From IMG/VR virus record IMGVR_UViG_3300031992_000067, positions 1 through 64,000 of that record: DNA of 64,000 nucleotides, one strand, 5' to 3'. The stretch is from a virus (lineage: Duplodnaviria > Caudoviricetes). Below the pieces are notes generated by a model, which worked only from the letters and a program-made list of their open reading frames with translations, had not been told where the DNA came from and searched no databases. Position 1 is the stretch's first letter, and the number at the start of each line of letters is the position of its first letter. The translations under genes and the position numbers were made by a program. Shown here piece by piece: positions 25,629-35,296 of the stretch.

Positions 25629-25680
25629 AAAACAAGGGATGGGTGGGAGAACCGTCCCCTTTACCTATTGGAGAAACACT

Positions 25681-25947
25681 ATGACAAACGGAACTGAGCA
25701 TCTTACAACAACTGAAATCCAGCAGATCATCCAAAAAGAGCGAGACACATCCAAGAACCGTAACAGGTTCGTGTCGCTTATATCAATTGACTACGGGGCG
25801 CAAGACCCGCTTGCCACAGATCCGGACGACCTTGAGTTCTTCAAGGGCCGTTTCGTGGTAGCGCGGTTTTCTGACGGGACAGAGTACATCCCAGTGGAGA
25901 ACATTCTCTCCATCGGATTCAAGTACGACAACGAACATGAGGACTAA
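25681..25947 (+). CDS. Hypothetical protein
   Basis: ATG 25681 after GGAG. Confidence 0.7.
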   Translation: MTNGTEHLTTTEIQQIIQKERDTSKNRNRFVSLISIDYGAQDPLATDPDDLEFFKGRFVVARFSDGTEYIPVENILSIGFKYDNEHED

Positions 25948-25950
25948 CAA

Positions 25951-26172
25951 GTGGAGATCATACGCAACGAAGACCGCACCATCACACTTATGGCCAGTTG
26001 CCGGCTGTGCGGCGAGAAGCACCTCATAAAAGTGCGCCCGCAGGATTTGGACGCGTGGAATGACGGATCGCATTGTCAGGACGCCTTCCCATACCTTTCT
26101 CCGGGCGAGCGTGAGATGCTGATATCGCACACCTGCGACAAGTGCTGGAGCAAGATTTTCAGCGAGGAGTAG
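25951..26172 (+). CDS. Small zinc-finger protein
   Basis: CRLC...QDAFPYLSPGEREMLISHTCDKCW; GTG start. Confidence 0.7.
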   Translation: MEIIRNEDRTITLMASCRLCGEKHLIKVRPQDLDAWNDGSHCQDAFPYLSPGEREMLISHTCDKCWSKIFSEE

Positions 26173-26175
26173 ACA

Positions 26176-26424
26176 ATGGCTAAAACATACTACATCGTTG
26201 AGACGGGCGCAATCAGCAACGCCGGCCGCGGCGAGCAGATCGTGGCTAACGTTCTTTTCGGGTCATTTTCCAGAAAGAACGCGGCGGAAAGAAAGATCCG
26301 CGAATACTGGGAAAAACATTATTCAGACGCTGCGGACGTCCCGTTTGACGACAAATTTCACAAGTTCTACATCGAGGATGGAGACAGCGTCTGGACCGTA
26401 CTCATAGCGGAAAGGAACTCATGA
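26176..26424 (+). CDS. Hypothetical protein
   Basis: SD GAGGAG. Confidence 0.7.
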   Translation: MAKTYYIVETGAISNAGRGEQIVANVLFGSFSRKNAAERKIREYWEKHYSDAADVPFDDKFHKFYIEDGDSVWTVLIAERNS

Positions 26425-26798
26425 AACGTGACGTATGCGGGGTCTACACGGCCCTTGAGGAACGGGCCAAGCTCGAGACGTCCCACTGGGACTTCAACGC
26501 CTGGTACCAGGACGGTGTCGACTGCTATCTGGCGCGTGAGGTCATCTACCTGTGCCTGGAGTGGAACGAGCCGGAGAAAACCGGCATATCATTCGACAAG
26601 TACACGGACTACCAGATCGCGCTGATGGCCTGGGAGTACAACCAGGAGATGGACGACTTTACGCGTTTCTGGAATTCCGACGAGACGAAACTGGAGGTGC
26701 TGAAGGAGTGCAAGCTCTGGATACAGAATGCATATCCTCAAGTTGAAGGATGGTTCGGGAGGGACGACAATGGAGACAACGGAAACGATGACGAATGA
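26421..26798 (+). CDS. Hypothetical protein
   Basis: ATGA coupling. Confidence 0.7.
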   Translation: MKRDVCGVYTALEERAKLETSHWDFNAWYQDGVDCYLAREVIYLCLEWNEPEKTGISFDKYTDYQIALMAWEYNQEMDDFTRFWNSDETKLEVLKECKLWIQNAYPQVEGWFGRDDNGDNGNDDE

Positions 26799-27570
26799 CA
26801 CACACGGCGCAGCCGGCAAGGGCTGGTACGGGTTCGACCTCGACGGTACACTGGCCATGTACGACGGATGGAAAGGCATCGACCATATAGGCGAGCCAAT
26901 CACCCCGATGGTCCAGCTCATGAAGCGTATGCACGACGCCGGCGATGTCGTCAAGATCATGACGGCCCGCGTGGCACCGAGGGACGTTCCGGAGCTGCGG
27001 CCCAACCCATACTTCGAGTCCGGAGTACCTGGTTACGTCCGTCAGAATGACAGCACGCTGAAGTACCTGTACCACACGCGCCTTTGGAATGCCAAGACAT
27101 TCATCATGGATTGGTGTCTTAAGAACCTCAGGTTCATCCCAGAGATCACGCACCAGAAGGACGGGCTGATGATAACCCTGTACGACGACCGCGTGAAGCA
27201 GGTCGTGCCGAATGAGGGAATTCTTGTAGAGGACATGGTTCCGAAACCTGAGCCAGACTCTAACTGGGAAGACACATGTGCGAAGTGCATGGACGGCGAG
27301 ATAGAGCCTCTTCAGTGCAAGTACTATGGAGACCCCAACGGGTGCAATTCGCCTATGTACGGCTGTCATCCCAAGATGTGTTCCTGGGATGGCGGCGCCG
27401 TGTACATGGCGTTGCGCAACTTGGTAGACGCGGTTCACGACTACCACGAGAACGCGGCGAAGTACGTCGGGAAAAGCGTGCTTTCCGTGCTGGCTCCGCA
27501 GCTGAATGCCGCGACAGACGCGCTTTCCACGTGGCGGACGAAGCAGGTCAAGGAAGAAGGTGAGCAATGA
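26770..27570 (+). CDS. HAD-superfamily phosphatase-like protein with C-terminal Cys-rich domain
   Basis: GFDLDGTLA (DxDxT motif I), IMTAR, LYDDR. Confidence 0.7.
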   Translation: METTETMTNDTHGAAGKGWYGFDLDGTLAMYDGWKGIDHIGEPITPMVQLMKRMHDAGDVVKIMTARVAPRDVPELRPNPYFESGVPGYVRQNDSTLKYLYHTRLWNAKTFIMDWCLKNLRFIPEITHQKDGLMITLYDDRVKQVVPNEGILVEDMVPKPEPDSNWEDTCAKCMDGEIEPLQCKYYGDPNGCNSPMYGCHPKMCSWDGGAVYMALRNLVDAVHDYHENAAKYVGKSVLSVLAPQLNAATDALSTWRTKQVKEEGEQ

Positions 27571-28166
27571 CCAGTAAGAGTCCTACTCCGTGGACGCTCG
27601 ACCTGGACAAGGTCGGGCCTGAATTCACGGATTGGCCGATTCGTGACGCGAACGGCAACCCGGTTGTCCAGACCGATTCTGGCTGCTACCCGCCGGACAA
27701 CGAGACGGCCGCAATGATTGTGGAAGCTGTCAATGAACACGCGATGGCAAGCAGAAATTTCAGAATCGAGCTCGACATCAAGGACAGCGAGGGTGACGCA
27801 CGGTACGATTACACTGAGGAATACCTGGTGTCGTCTGACGTGAAGCCGGATGGATTTGAAGATGCTGTGAAGGAGTTTAAGAACCGTGTCAAGGCGGCCA
27901 TCTCCGATCTTGTCACTGTTGACCCGGATCTGGCGGAATACATCGTGTGCAACTACGGATACGCCAGTGGCATTAACTTAGACGACCCGGAGGATTTTCT
28001 ACCATACATTCTAAACAACTTCCCGCTGAGGGGAGTCGTGCAGATACCATCTGAGATTCTATTGAAACACGGAATCAAGGCGGTTGCACCTCCGGAATAC
28101 CAACTTGTATCGTACGACGACTCGTTAATTTTCGAGGAAGACGATGAATGTTCCGGTGAAGGATGA
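27567..28166 (+). CDS. Hypothetical protein
   Basis: ATGA coupling, 199 aa. Confidence 0.75.
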   Translation: MTSKSPTPWTLDLDKVGPEFTDWPIRDANGNPVVQTDSGCYPPDNETAAMIVEAVNEHAMASRNFRIELDIKDSEGDARYDYTEEYLVSSDVKPDGFEDAVKEFKNRVKAAISDLVTVDPDLAEYIVCNYGYASGINLDDPEDFLPYILNNFPLRGVVQIPSEILLKHGIKAVAPPEYQLVSYDDSLIFEEDDECSGEG

Positions 28167-28407
28167 AGTCACTATCCCATGGATAAGCACCAGGGAGATA
28201 CCCGCGGTCAAGCTCATGCTCTCCGCGTGGCGGAAGCTGAGGCGAGACCCCGAGGCCAGAAGGCGCAAGGCCGAGTTCGTGTCTTCCATCACCAACGTGG
28301 ACAGCGTGGCTGTCGACGAGACGGCCGGGATGTGCGCGGAGTTCATGGAGGAGCTGGCGCTGTTACATGAACGTGTAAAGAAGGAGAAGAAAAATGGCAA
28401 GCGATAA
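28144..28407 (+). CDS. Hypothetical protein
   Basis: SD GAGGA. Confidence 0.65.
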   Translation: MNVPVKDEVTIPWISTREIPAVKLMLSAWRKLRRDPEARRRKAEFVSSITNVDSVAVDETAGMCAEFMEELALLHERVKKEKKNGKR

Positions 28408-28918
28408 AGATCTGGCATTCGACTTTTGCCTGAATCTGGCGGGTCGAGTCGCCACAACGAAGGTGAGGCTGTACAATATCATCAGGGATGTAGGGTACGG
28501 CAAGCTATCGGCTGACCGTGCCCTTCACCAGCTCATCGAGGACTACCACGAGCTTGGCAGGACGGTCGACTCAATGCACGACCTCGCGGACAAGATAGAC
28601 GAACTGGCCGTAACGGGGGCCGACTCGCAGAAGGACGACGATTACGACACGGGATTCTACGTGATTGACATGCCGAAATGGAAGGAGGTCACGCGCAGCA
28701 GGACCAGGGGCAAAAACCACCCCAGGCTTACAAGACGCGACCTCTACAACGGCCGAATGGACATCGCCGAGTGCAATTACGCGCACGAGTTCATGTGCAA
28801 TGCGTTTCCGTCGGATGATGACCCAGACCGCCCGTCGAAGGATAGGTGGCTCGACATGGCGCCATACCCATTCGAGGTTGATGAGTTCCTGTCCGAGAAA
28901 CTGTTTCCGAGGACTTGA
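28394..28918 (+). CDS. Hypothetical protein
   Basis: SD AAGGAG. Confidence 0.75.
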   Translation: MASDKDLAFDFCLNLAGRVATTKVRLYNIIRDVGYGKLSADRALHQLIEDYHELGRTVDSMHDLADKIDELAVTGADSQKDDDYDTGFYVIDMPKWKEVTRSRTRGKNHPRLTRRDLYNGRMDIAECNYAHEFMCNAFPSDDDPDRPSKDRWLDMAPYPFEVDEFLSEKLFPRT

Positions 28919-28920
28919 AG

Positions 28921-29211
28921 ATGAGTAGCTACACCGAAATCAGAATCGACCGGTGCCCCATGTGCAGGCGCCGGCCGTCCGTGCACTGGGACCGGTCTCC
29001 GGGCGGGGCGTCCGTAAAGATTGTCTGCAAACCTATTTTTGGCGCCATGCACATGGAGGTTGAGCGGGGAGGCGCGTCCGACTCGTGGGCCATGGCCAAG
29101 GCCATGCAGGCCTGGAACATGAAGGCCGCAAGAGTCAAGAAGGCGCTAACCGACCCGGTCGACGAGATGAAGTGTTGGAATCCTCAGAAACGGAGGTTTG
29201 AGACTGTATGA
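28921..29211 (+). CDS. Lar-like zinc-finger protein
   Basis: RCPMCRRRP...VC...AMQAWN pattern. Confidence 0.5.
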   Translation: MSSYTEIRIDRCPMCRRRPSVHWDRSPGGASVKIVCKPIFGAMHMEVERGGASDSWAMAKAMQAWNMKAARVKKALTDPVDEMKCWNPQKRRFETV

Positions 29212-29387
29212 ACATGGACACTGAAAAGGATGCGGTTCTGCCGCACTGGCACAAGTACGAGACGTCTGGGCTCTTCAACTACGTTCCCGACTGCGGGAAG
29301 GAACCGAAGAACCCGAAGTTCGCAAGGCCCAGCCAGAAAAAGATCCGCCTGAACAAACGCCGGGTCAACGGAGGCAAGAGGAAGTGA
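29208..29387 (+). CDS. Small basic protein (59 aa, not in ORF track)
   Basis: ATGA and GTGA overlaps on both sides; MNMDTEKDAVLPHWHKY...NGGKRK*. Confidence 0.6.
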   Translation: MNMDTEKDAVLPHWHKYETSGLFNYVPDCGKEPKNPKFARPSQKKIRLNKRRVNGGKRK

Positions 29388-30040
29388 AAGTGGATTCACG
29401 AAAGTACCCCGAACTGGTAATGACTGACGATGAACTGTTCAATACCAGCCCGAACTGGGACGTGATGAACGAATTTGTGACCGGGATCATGGATTATTGC
29501 CAGGCGGCCGGGTTTAAGGTCGGTCCTATCGCGGCAGCAGAAGACTTCATCCCGGAATGCCTTCAGCACCTGTACCAGGAGTGGCACTGCTTCGGCGAGT
29601 TCACGAGAGACTCGTTTACGCTTGCGATGCTCAACGGGTGGATGAATGAATGGCGTGACCTCATTGAAAACGGCAACGCCACCGACGATCTGCTTGATAA
29701 CAGGAGGTCGTACACGATAAGAGATGCCAGAAGACGGGCAAGGTATGCGTTCATGCGCGTCAAAAACCACGACGGCTGCGGAAGCGCCGCCGAGTTCAGG
29801 AAGCTTGTCAACGACAACGTCCGCAGCTGGGTGCGCGAACAGCTCCGCAAGCGTGAGGAGGCCAGCGCACACAGGGCGAAGCTGGCCCAGACGGTGAGGG
29901 TGCGCCTTCGCAAGTCCGACATAGACCTCCTGTCAGGAATGCTAAAGGACGGAAAGAACGTCAGCTTCCAGAAAGAGTTCGCGGACAGGGTCGTCGCGTG
30001 CCTGTCCGGAGACGAGAACGCGGCATTGGAGGGATTATGA
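29384..30040 (+). CDS. Hypothetical protein
   Basis: GTG start overlapping previous TGA. Confidence 0.75.
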   Translation: MKVDSRKYPELVMTDDELFNTSPNWDVMNEFVTGIMDYCQAAGFKVGPIAAAEDFIPECLQHLYQEWHCFGEFTRDSFTLAMLNGWMNEWRDLIENGNATDDLLDNRRSYTIRDARRRARYAFMRVKNHDGCGSAAEFRKLVNDNVRSWVREQLRKREEASAHRAKLAQTVRVRLRKSDIDLLSGMLKDGKNVSFQKEFADRVVACLSGDENAALEGL

Positions 30041-30495
30041 AACCTATTGATACGCCAGCCCTTATGGAGCTGAAATGTGCGAACTGTTCGCGCTACCGGT
30101 GCTCCAAGGAAGGCGGCGTGTACTGCCGCCGTGGGGTGACCGGAGTGGCGGCCGAGCGCCCAGCGTGCCCTGAGTTCATCTTCTCAAAGGAGATGACGGA
30201 GAAGAGGCTTCAGCACTGGCGCGAGTTTGTAAACGGATTTGGCACAGCCGACAAGCTTGACATGCTCAGGAACCCGTTCTCACAACCTGAGCCAAACCAT
30301 TTCGAGACCGCCGTGGACCACATGCTTGAAGAGCTGTCGTGGTCCGAGGGGAACCTGAAGGAGTGGTATCAGGACTCGGTGGACAGAACTGTCGAACCGG
30401 TATGGACAGACAAGCACATCGAGGAGGTATGCAAGGACTTCTATCTTGTGCCAAGGCCAAGGAGGGACAATGGGGAGGAAAAGGAAAACAGCTGA
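30037..30495 (+). CDS. Hypothetical Cys-rich protein
   Basis: CANCSRYRC..C..C; ATGA coupling. Confidence 0.7.
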   Translation: MKPIDTPALMELKCANCSRYRCSKEGGVYCRRGVTGVAAERPACPEFIFSKEMTEKRLQHWREFVNGFGTADKLDMLRNPFSQPEPNHFETAVDHMLEELSWSEGNLKEWYQDSVDRTVEPVWTDKHIEEVCKDFYLVPRPRRDNGEEKENS

Positions 30496-30835
30496 TGCCA
30501 CGGTCGTAAAAGACAAGGCCAAAGCTTCGAAGCCCAAGAAGCTCAGGGTGGTGTTCCCGCAGGAGCACCGGGAGCACATAGCCAGAATTCTTCGGAATAC
30601 CTTCATGCACTGTGGGCTCTCGATGGAGCAGGCCGACAAGGCCCGCACCGCCGGTTCGCAGGGAATGCAGAAGTGGATCGAGTGGTGGATCGGCAGGCAC
30701 ACCGACTACCTTGAGACCAAGAAGTCCGGAAGAATCACCAACTCCCAGATCCTGCAGGGGCTGGGAGCCTGGATTTACTACAAGTCAACCGTGGAGGTCG
30801 TCGACAAACTCGGACCTACCGCCGCGGATGAATAG
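30470..30835 (+). CDS. Hypothetical basic protein
   Basis: ATG 30470 after AAGGAGG. Confidence 0.7.
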   Translation: MGRKRKTADATVVKDKAKASKPKKLRVVFPQEHREHIARILRNTFMHCGLSMEQADKARTAGSQGMQKWIEWWIGRHTDYLETKKSGRITNSQILQGLGAWIYYKSTVEVVDKLGPTAADE

Positions 30836-30844
30836 GAGAAGACA

Positions 30845-31426
30845 ATGCCTAAGTTTACAATTGTAGAAATCACCGACTGGGAGCGGGACGAGCATGAAAT
30901 GGCCGGTGACGGCTGTCACATGCCGGAGTCGGAGATACTGTACCGGCTTGCCAAGGAAACCGAGGAAAAGGTCGAGAACAACAAATGGCCAGGTCTTCCG
31001 TTTACCTGTGAGACAGAAGACGAGGATGCGGCGCTAGAGAAGTACCGCATGAAGTTCTGCGACGGGGACTACATAGTTCCGATCGGCGCGGACATAGAGA
31101 AAGTCGCTTACAGAGTTGTCTGGAGCAACGAGCACTGCGCCGACGCGTTCGACGCCGGCGACGACCTTGATTCAGCCAAGGAGGAGGCGCTCAACCTCCT
31201 TCGCGCCTGGATGTCCCAGTTCATGGAGGAGTTCCACGAGGACCGCGCCGCGGCATGGGACATGATGATCCTGAACTCCGAAGTCGGGGTGTACGAGTGC
31301 GACAGCGAGGAGGCGGCATGGGAGCCCGACGACAATGACCTGTCCAAAATCGGATGGGTTGTGTCCGACGAGCTCGACGACGACATGAAAAAGACCTATC
31401 TTGGAAAACTGGAGGACAAGCCATGA
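30845..31426 (+). CDS. Acidic hypothetical protein
   Basis: SD GGAG. Confidence 0.75.
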   Translation: MPKFTIVEITDWERDEHEMAGDGCHMPESEILYRLAKETEEKVENNKWPGLPFTCETEDEDAALEKYRMKFCDGDYIVPIGADIEKVAYRVVWSNEHCADAFDAGDDLDSAKEEALNLLRAWMSQFMEEFHEDRAAAWDMMILNSEVGVYECDSEEAAWEPDDNDLSKIGWVVSDELDDDMKKTYLGKLEDKP

Positions 31427-32406
31427 TCTATTTCATTACGAAAGCCGAGGCGAAGAGTCTTCTGACGCCCGACGAGCACGGCAAGTACCACGGTCCAAAA
31501 CCCGGAATGGAGTTCGACTGGTACCTGGTGTTCGATGATCCGGGATGGACGGCGATCGACAACTCCAGCGGCGACGCGTGGACGGAGGACTTCAAAACCA
31601 TTGAAGATGCCATTCGGTGGCTGGAGTCCGGGGAGTCAAAGGAGGACATGTACGATGAATATGAAAAGAAAGAGGATGAACCAGCGACGCTCGCCAACAG
31701 CGGGAATTCGGAACGCGACTACTCAGCCGACGATGGAGAAACAGACAACTTGAAGCACGACTTCGAGACGGCCTTCGACCAGGACCGGCTTCTCCATCTC
31801 CACGAGTCCGACGTTGATCTGACTGGGTTGATAACAGACTTCTATGAGAAAGAGACTGGTCAGTCATGCGTATCCTGGGGTGCTTGTGGTGAAGAGGCGG
31901 AACGCTACGGCGTGGAGATCAGCGAAGACCTGCCAAGGCCTGATGAGTTCCAGACATTCGGATATACCGAGGACTTCTGGAAATGGATGGGTGAAATAGA
32001 GGGCAAGGCCATCGAGTCAGGGGCTGAGACCGTATTTGAAATGGCGTCCTTCTTCCTGGGGTACCTGATGCCTGAGGCTGCCGAGAGGCGAGGGAAGAAA
32101 CTGCTTGAGAAACTCGCCAATGAGGAGCCGTCAGGAGACGGACCGCACAAGCCCACGCTCGGAGAATTGCTTCCGCTGATCTACGGGGCGGTAGAGGTCC
32201 ATACCATGAAGCCAGGACCATTGACATGGAGTGCGTGGTTCAAGGACTCGGCCGAAGCCGTGGAGGCGCTGAGCAAGTACGAGGACGGGAAACTGCTCGG
32301 GCAAGAGGTAGTGACCGTCATGGCGTACTCCGCCAACGCGACGCTCACGAACGGGTCGACATGTCTCGACGGTGATCCGAAAACCGTCGTGAGTGTAGCC
32401 GGGTAG
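31423..32406 (+). CDS. Multi-domain acidic hypothetical protein
   Basis: ATG 31423 (ATGA); AIDNSSGDAWTEDF N-terminal module. Confidence 0.75.
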   Translation: MIYFITKAEAKSLLTPDEHGKYHGPKPGMEFDWYLVFDDPGWTAIDNSSGDAWTEDFKTIEDAIRWLESGESKEDMYDEYEKKEDEPATLANSGNSERDYSADDGETDNLKHDFETAFDQDRLLHLHESDVDLTGLITDFYEKETGQSCVSWGACGEEAERYGVEISEDLPRPDEFQTFGYTEDFWKWMGEIEGKAIESGAETVFEMASFFLGYLMPEAAERRGKKLLEKLANEEPSGDGPHKPTLGELLPLIYGAVEVHTMKPGPLTWSAWFKDSAEAVEALSKYEDGKLLGQEVVTVMAYSANATLTNGSTCLDGDPKTVVSVAG

Positions 32407-32407
32407 C

Positions 32408-34312
32408 CTATTCCCGGGCCATGTAGTCCTTCGGGTCAACCAGGACATCCTTGGGCTTTCCGACCGCGATGCCGCCGGAGAAGGCGGACTGCGGGATGAG
32501 GTCGAGGATGTCCAGGCCGGCTACCTTTACAGCGGCCATGAGGACAAAGCACAGAGCCATCGCAAAGTCGTCAGGTCTTGCGGGATCCCGGTGATACACA
32601 ATTGTCGTAAGCCCGCCTGACTCTATGATGTGCTCGAACGGTGACAGCAGGTCTGCGGTGTACGGCTCGAACTCAAGGTACGGCGGAAAGTATATCCTGC
32701 CGTACTTTATGGCCAGGAACATCGCCCTAAGCCCGGAGGTCTTGTCAATGGTCCACCGTTCGTTGCCGCGGTTTGTTGTGGAGAAGCCCAGAGGCGTATT
32801 CTGACGCACAAAGTTCATCTGCACAACTGGTATTTCGAACCGGTCCATCATGATCAAGTTGTTCTGGAACCCCAGCCCGTAGTCGGCGGCCATTATCCCG
32901 CACTTGTACAGACGATGGGCCTTGGCTATGTTCAGGAACATGCGGTCTGGGTCAAAGGCGTGGTACCGCTGTGCGTATAGCACGTCCACACGGCCGTCCA
33001 GGCGTATTCCAATGATAACGTGGACCGTGAATGAGCTTTCCTCCGCGCCGCCCCAGTCAACACCAGAAAGGGTCATGGCGTAACGGTCTAGATTGTTTCT
33101 GAGAACTTCCATGGACGGGAGCGTGGACTGCTTCCTGATGTGGGTCTCGTCGATGATGCGGGTTCCGGAAGATTCTGAAATCCCGAACACCTCCTGCATG
33201 ACCAGCGATTCCGGCAGCTTCTGGATGTCAGCCCAGATCTGCCCCCACCGGCCCTCGTCCTCGACCATGAACGGCACCACTATCTGGGGGATGTGGAAGC
33301 CGCGGAACGACATGTCCTTCTCCGGAGCGAACGCAATCCAGCGTCCTTGGCGGACGTCCAGCTTGCCACGGCACCGTGGGTTGACGCAGTGCACTCCGTC
33401 CGGCTGCGGCATGTCCATTATCCGGCCGTCCTTTGTCGGAATGTTCTCATAGCCGCAATGCGGGCACTTCATGACCCATTCGCGCTTGGAGCTTTGCTGC
33501 CATAGCCGCTCTATGGTGTTGTCAAGCGTTTTTGCAGTGCCCGTGAACTTGCGGATTCCGTACTTTGACGCCTTCAGGGACTGGGATATGATCGGGACCG
33601 AGTCGAAGAGCTGGTCCTGGATCTCGTCGAAGTCTATTCTGTCGGCCATGATGCCGCGTGCGCGGTCAGGGGATGTCTTCGCGTACATGAGCTGAAGGCC
33701 GGCGCCGTTTGCAAACGACTGGTGGCCGACGGCCTTCATGATCTTTGAATCTGCAAGGACGCCCTCCAACTCCTTGGACTGAAGCTTCAACGCGAAAGGA
33801 CAGGACTGGATGGCCTCCTTGATATACAGCGTCGAGTAGCGTTGCGCCTGAGACTGCAGGGGCGCAACGTACAAGAGCTGCATGTTGGGAGTGGTGATGC
33901 AATCGAAAATCTCACTATAGCTGAGGCTCTTTGACTTGGATACCTGACGACCGCAGCACAGTATCGTGTTGCGCACGTACTCCTTGTCGAAGAACTCCCT
34001 CATCTGTATGTGGTCCTTCAAAGTGTATGGCGCGCCACCCAGCTTAAACAGGAATGGAAGTAAATCTGCACGACGCATGTCCCGGAATCTGCTGACAAGG
34101 TCCGGGCGCGTGAATTGAAACAACAGGTCAGGTAAGGAAAGGCCACTCGAAAATGAGGGATCCAAACCACCTGAAATACCGCCGACGTTACAAGAATTCA
34201 CACCGTAGCCGTCAGCCACGCCCCCCTGAGTTTCCCGAGAAGTTCGGAATGAGGGAGGCGATTGGCGTATGCCGGCTTTCGCTTGCTGAATGCTTGCTGT
34301 CTGTGGTATCAT
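32408..34312 (-). CDS. terL: Terminase large subunit (GpA-like ATPase + RNase H-like nuclease)
   Basis: Read directly on the minus strand (CAT 34310-34312, CTA 32408-32410); Walker A CGRQVSKS, Walker B FDEIQD, coupling motif GTAKT, CPHC..CVNPRC zinc site, GVDWGG nuclease Asp, PDDFAMA; true start may lie downstream of 34312. Confidence 0.9.
   Translation of the reverse strand: MIPQTASIQQAKAGIRQSPPSFRTSRETQGGVADGYGVNSCNVGGISGGLDPSFSSGLSLPDLLFQFTRPDLVSRFRDMRRADLLPFLFKLGGAPYTLKDHIQMREFFDKEYVRNTILCCGRQVSKSKSLSYSEIFDCITTPNMQLLYVAPLQSQAQRYSTLYIKEAIQSCPFALKLQSKELEGVLADSKIMKAVGHQSFANGAGLQLMYAKTSPDRARGIMADRIDFDEIQDQLFDSVPIISQSLKASKYGIRKFTGTAKTLDNTIERLWQQSSKREWVMKCPHCGYENIPTKDGRIMDMPQPDGVHCVNPRCRGKLDVRQGRWIAFAPEKDMSFRGFHIPQIVVPFMVEDEGRWGQIWADIQKLPESLVMQEVFGISESSGTRIIDETHIRKQSTLPSMEVLRNNLDRYAMTLSGVDWGGAEESSFTVHVIIGIRLDGRVDVLYAQRYHAFDPDRMFLNIAKAHRLYKCGIMAADYGLGFQNNLIMMDRFEIPVVQMNFVRQNTPLGFSTTNRGNERWTIDKTSGLRAMFLAIKYGRIYFPPYLEFEPYTADLLSPFEHIIESGGLTTIVYHRDPARPDDFAMALCFVLMAAVKVAGLDILDLIPQSAFSGGIAVGKPKDVLVDPKDYMARE
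34302..34312 (+). promoter_or_regulatory. Extended -10 promoter TGTGGTATCAT
   Basis: Identical 11-mer at 63626-63636; TTGCTG 18 nt upstream of TATCAT. Confidence 0.5.
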
Positions 34313-34416
34313 GTATCTCCAGGTTCAATAGAGTGCGCAACTCTATAAGATACACCATTTAGGATGAAAGGTCAACCTGGAAGCCTTGATTCCGACTCTG
34401 CAAGGAGTAAAACGCA

Positions 34417-34704
34417 ATGAATCTCAACCCGATCCGCCCATGCGATGGACGTGACAACTGTTCTGCAACTCCGCCGCCGCGGCCTAAGATACGCGTACGC
34501 AGAAGCAAGTCAGCCCTTCTATACCTCAGGGTGCAGGACGCCCGGAGAAGCGAAGAAGGCAGAAAGTGCGGCTGCGCAAGGTGTCTGGGGCAACGTCTTG
34601 GAAAACGTGACCGCCGTTACGGCTTCCCGAAGCGGTATGGTTTGAAGACCACTGTGACGACACGCAGGGTGGACAGGGTTGACCCGGTGAGAAAGCTGTA
34701 CTGA
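34417..34704 (+). CDS. Small Arg/Cys-rich hypothetical protein
   Basis: SD AAGGAG; TGATG coupling to next ORF. Confidence 0.5.
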   Translation: MNLNPIRPCDGRDNCSATPPPRPKIRVRRSKSALLYLRVQDARRSEEGRKCGCARCLGQRLGKRDRRYGFPKRYGLKTTVTTRRVDRVDPVRKLY

Positions 34705-34814
34705 TGCTCGCATTGACATTACTTGGTGGCGTATATTGCTATCTTCTGTACGGTCCATTCCTGAGGGAGTCCGGCAGGGCGTGCAAGGCGCTTGAGAAGA
34801 AGCTGTCTGAATAG
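34704..34814 (+). CDS. 36-aa single-TM peptide (not in ORF track)
   Basis: MLALTLLGGVYCYLLYGPFLRESGRACKALEKKLSE*. Confidence 0.45.
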   Translation: MLALTLLGGVYCYLLYGPFLRESGRACKALEKKLSE

Positions 34815-34833
34815 CGGCGCACACAATTCAACC

Positions 34834-34889
34834 GAGGCCACTTCGCACGTGTTTTTGCTTTTCATGGCGTGCGAGTGGCCTCCATTTTT
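34834..34889 (+). terminator. Long-stem hairpin with T tract
   Basis: GAGGCCACTTCGCACG/CGTGCGAGTGGCCTC then CATTTTT. Confidence 0.6.
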
Positions 34890-34902
34890 CACAGGAGGAT
34901 TT

Positions 34903-35286
34903 ATGAATCTGATTGGAATGGCCGCCATTGGGGCGGCCGTTCTGGCCTTTGGACCGGGATTCCTGGTCCAGGCCGGAATAGGCTATGTGCTTGGCACCGG
35001 ATGCGGCGCCTACGCGCAGAGCAAGATGAAGAAGCTCCACAATGAGATCTGCCGCCATACCGGCGACAGGACTTCGGACATGGACGAACTGTCGGAATAC
35101 GCCGTCAAGGCCAGTCAGATAGGCGGTGTGATATGCCCCGTCATCCCGCTGGTCTCGGTCGGCGTTGGCATGGTGTGTGACCGCAGGGCCGAAAAGCTCC
35201 GTGCGCAGTCGGCCATTAAAACCGTGAAAGAGGAACGTCCTGCGATAGCCTGCGGCATGTCAGGGGCGCATGGCGTAAGACTTTAA
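34903..35286 (+). CDS. Membrane protein
   Basis: ATG 34903 after AGGAGG; hydrophobic glycine-rich segments. Confidence 0.7.
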   Translation: MNLIGMAAIGAAVLAFGPGFLVQAGIGYVLGTGCGAYAQSKMKKLHNEICRHTGDRTSDMDELSEYAVKASQIGGVICPVIPLVSVGVGMVCDRRAEKLRAQSAIKTVKEERPAIACGMSGAHGVRL

Positions 35287-35296
35287 GGAGAAACAC

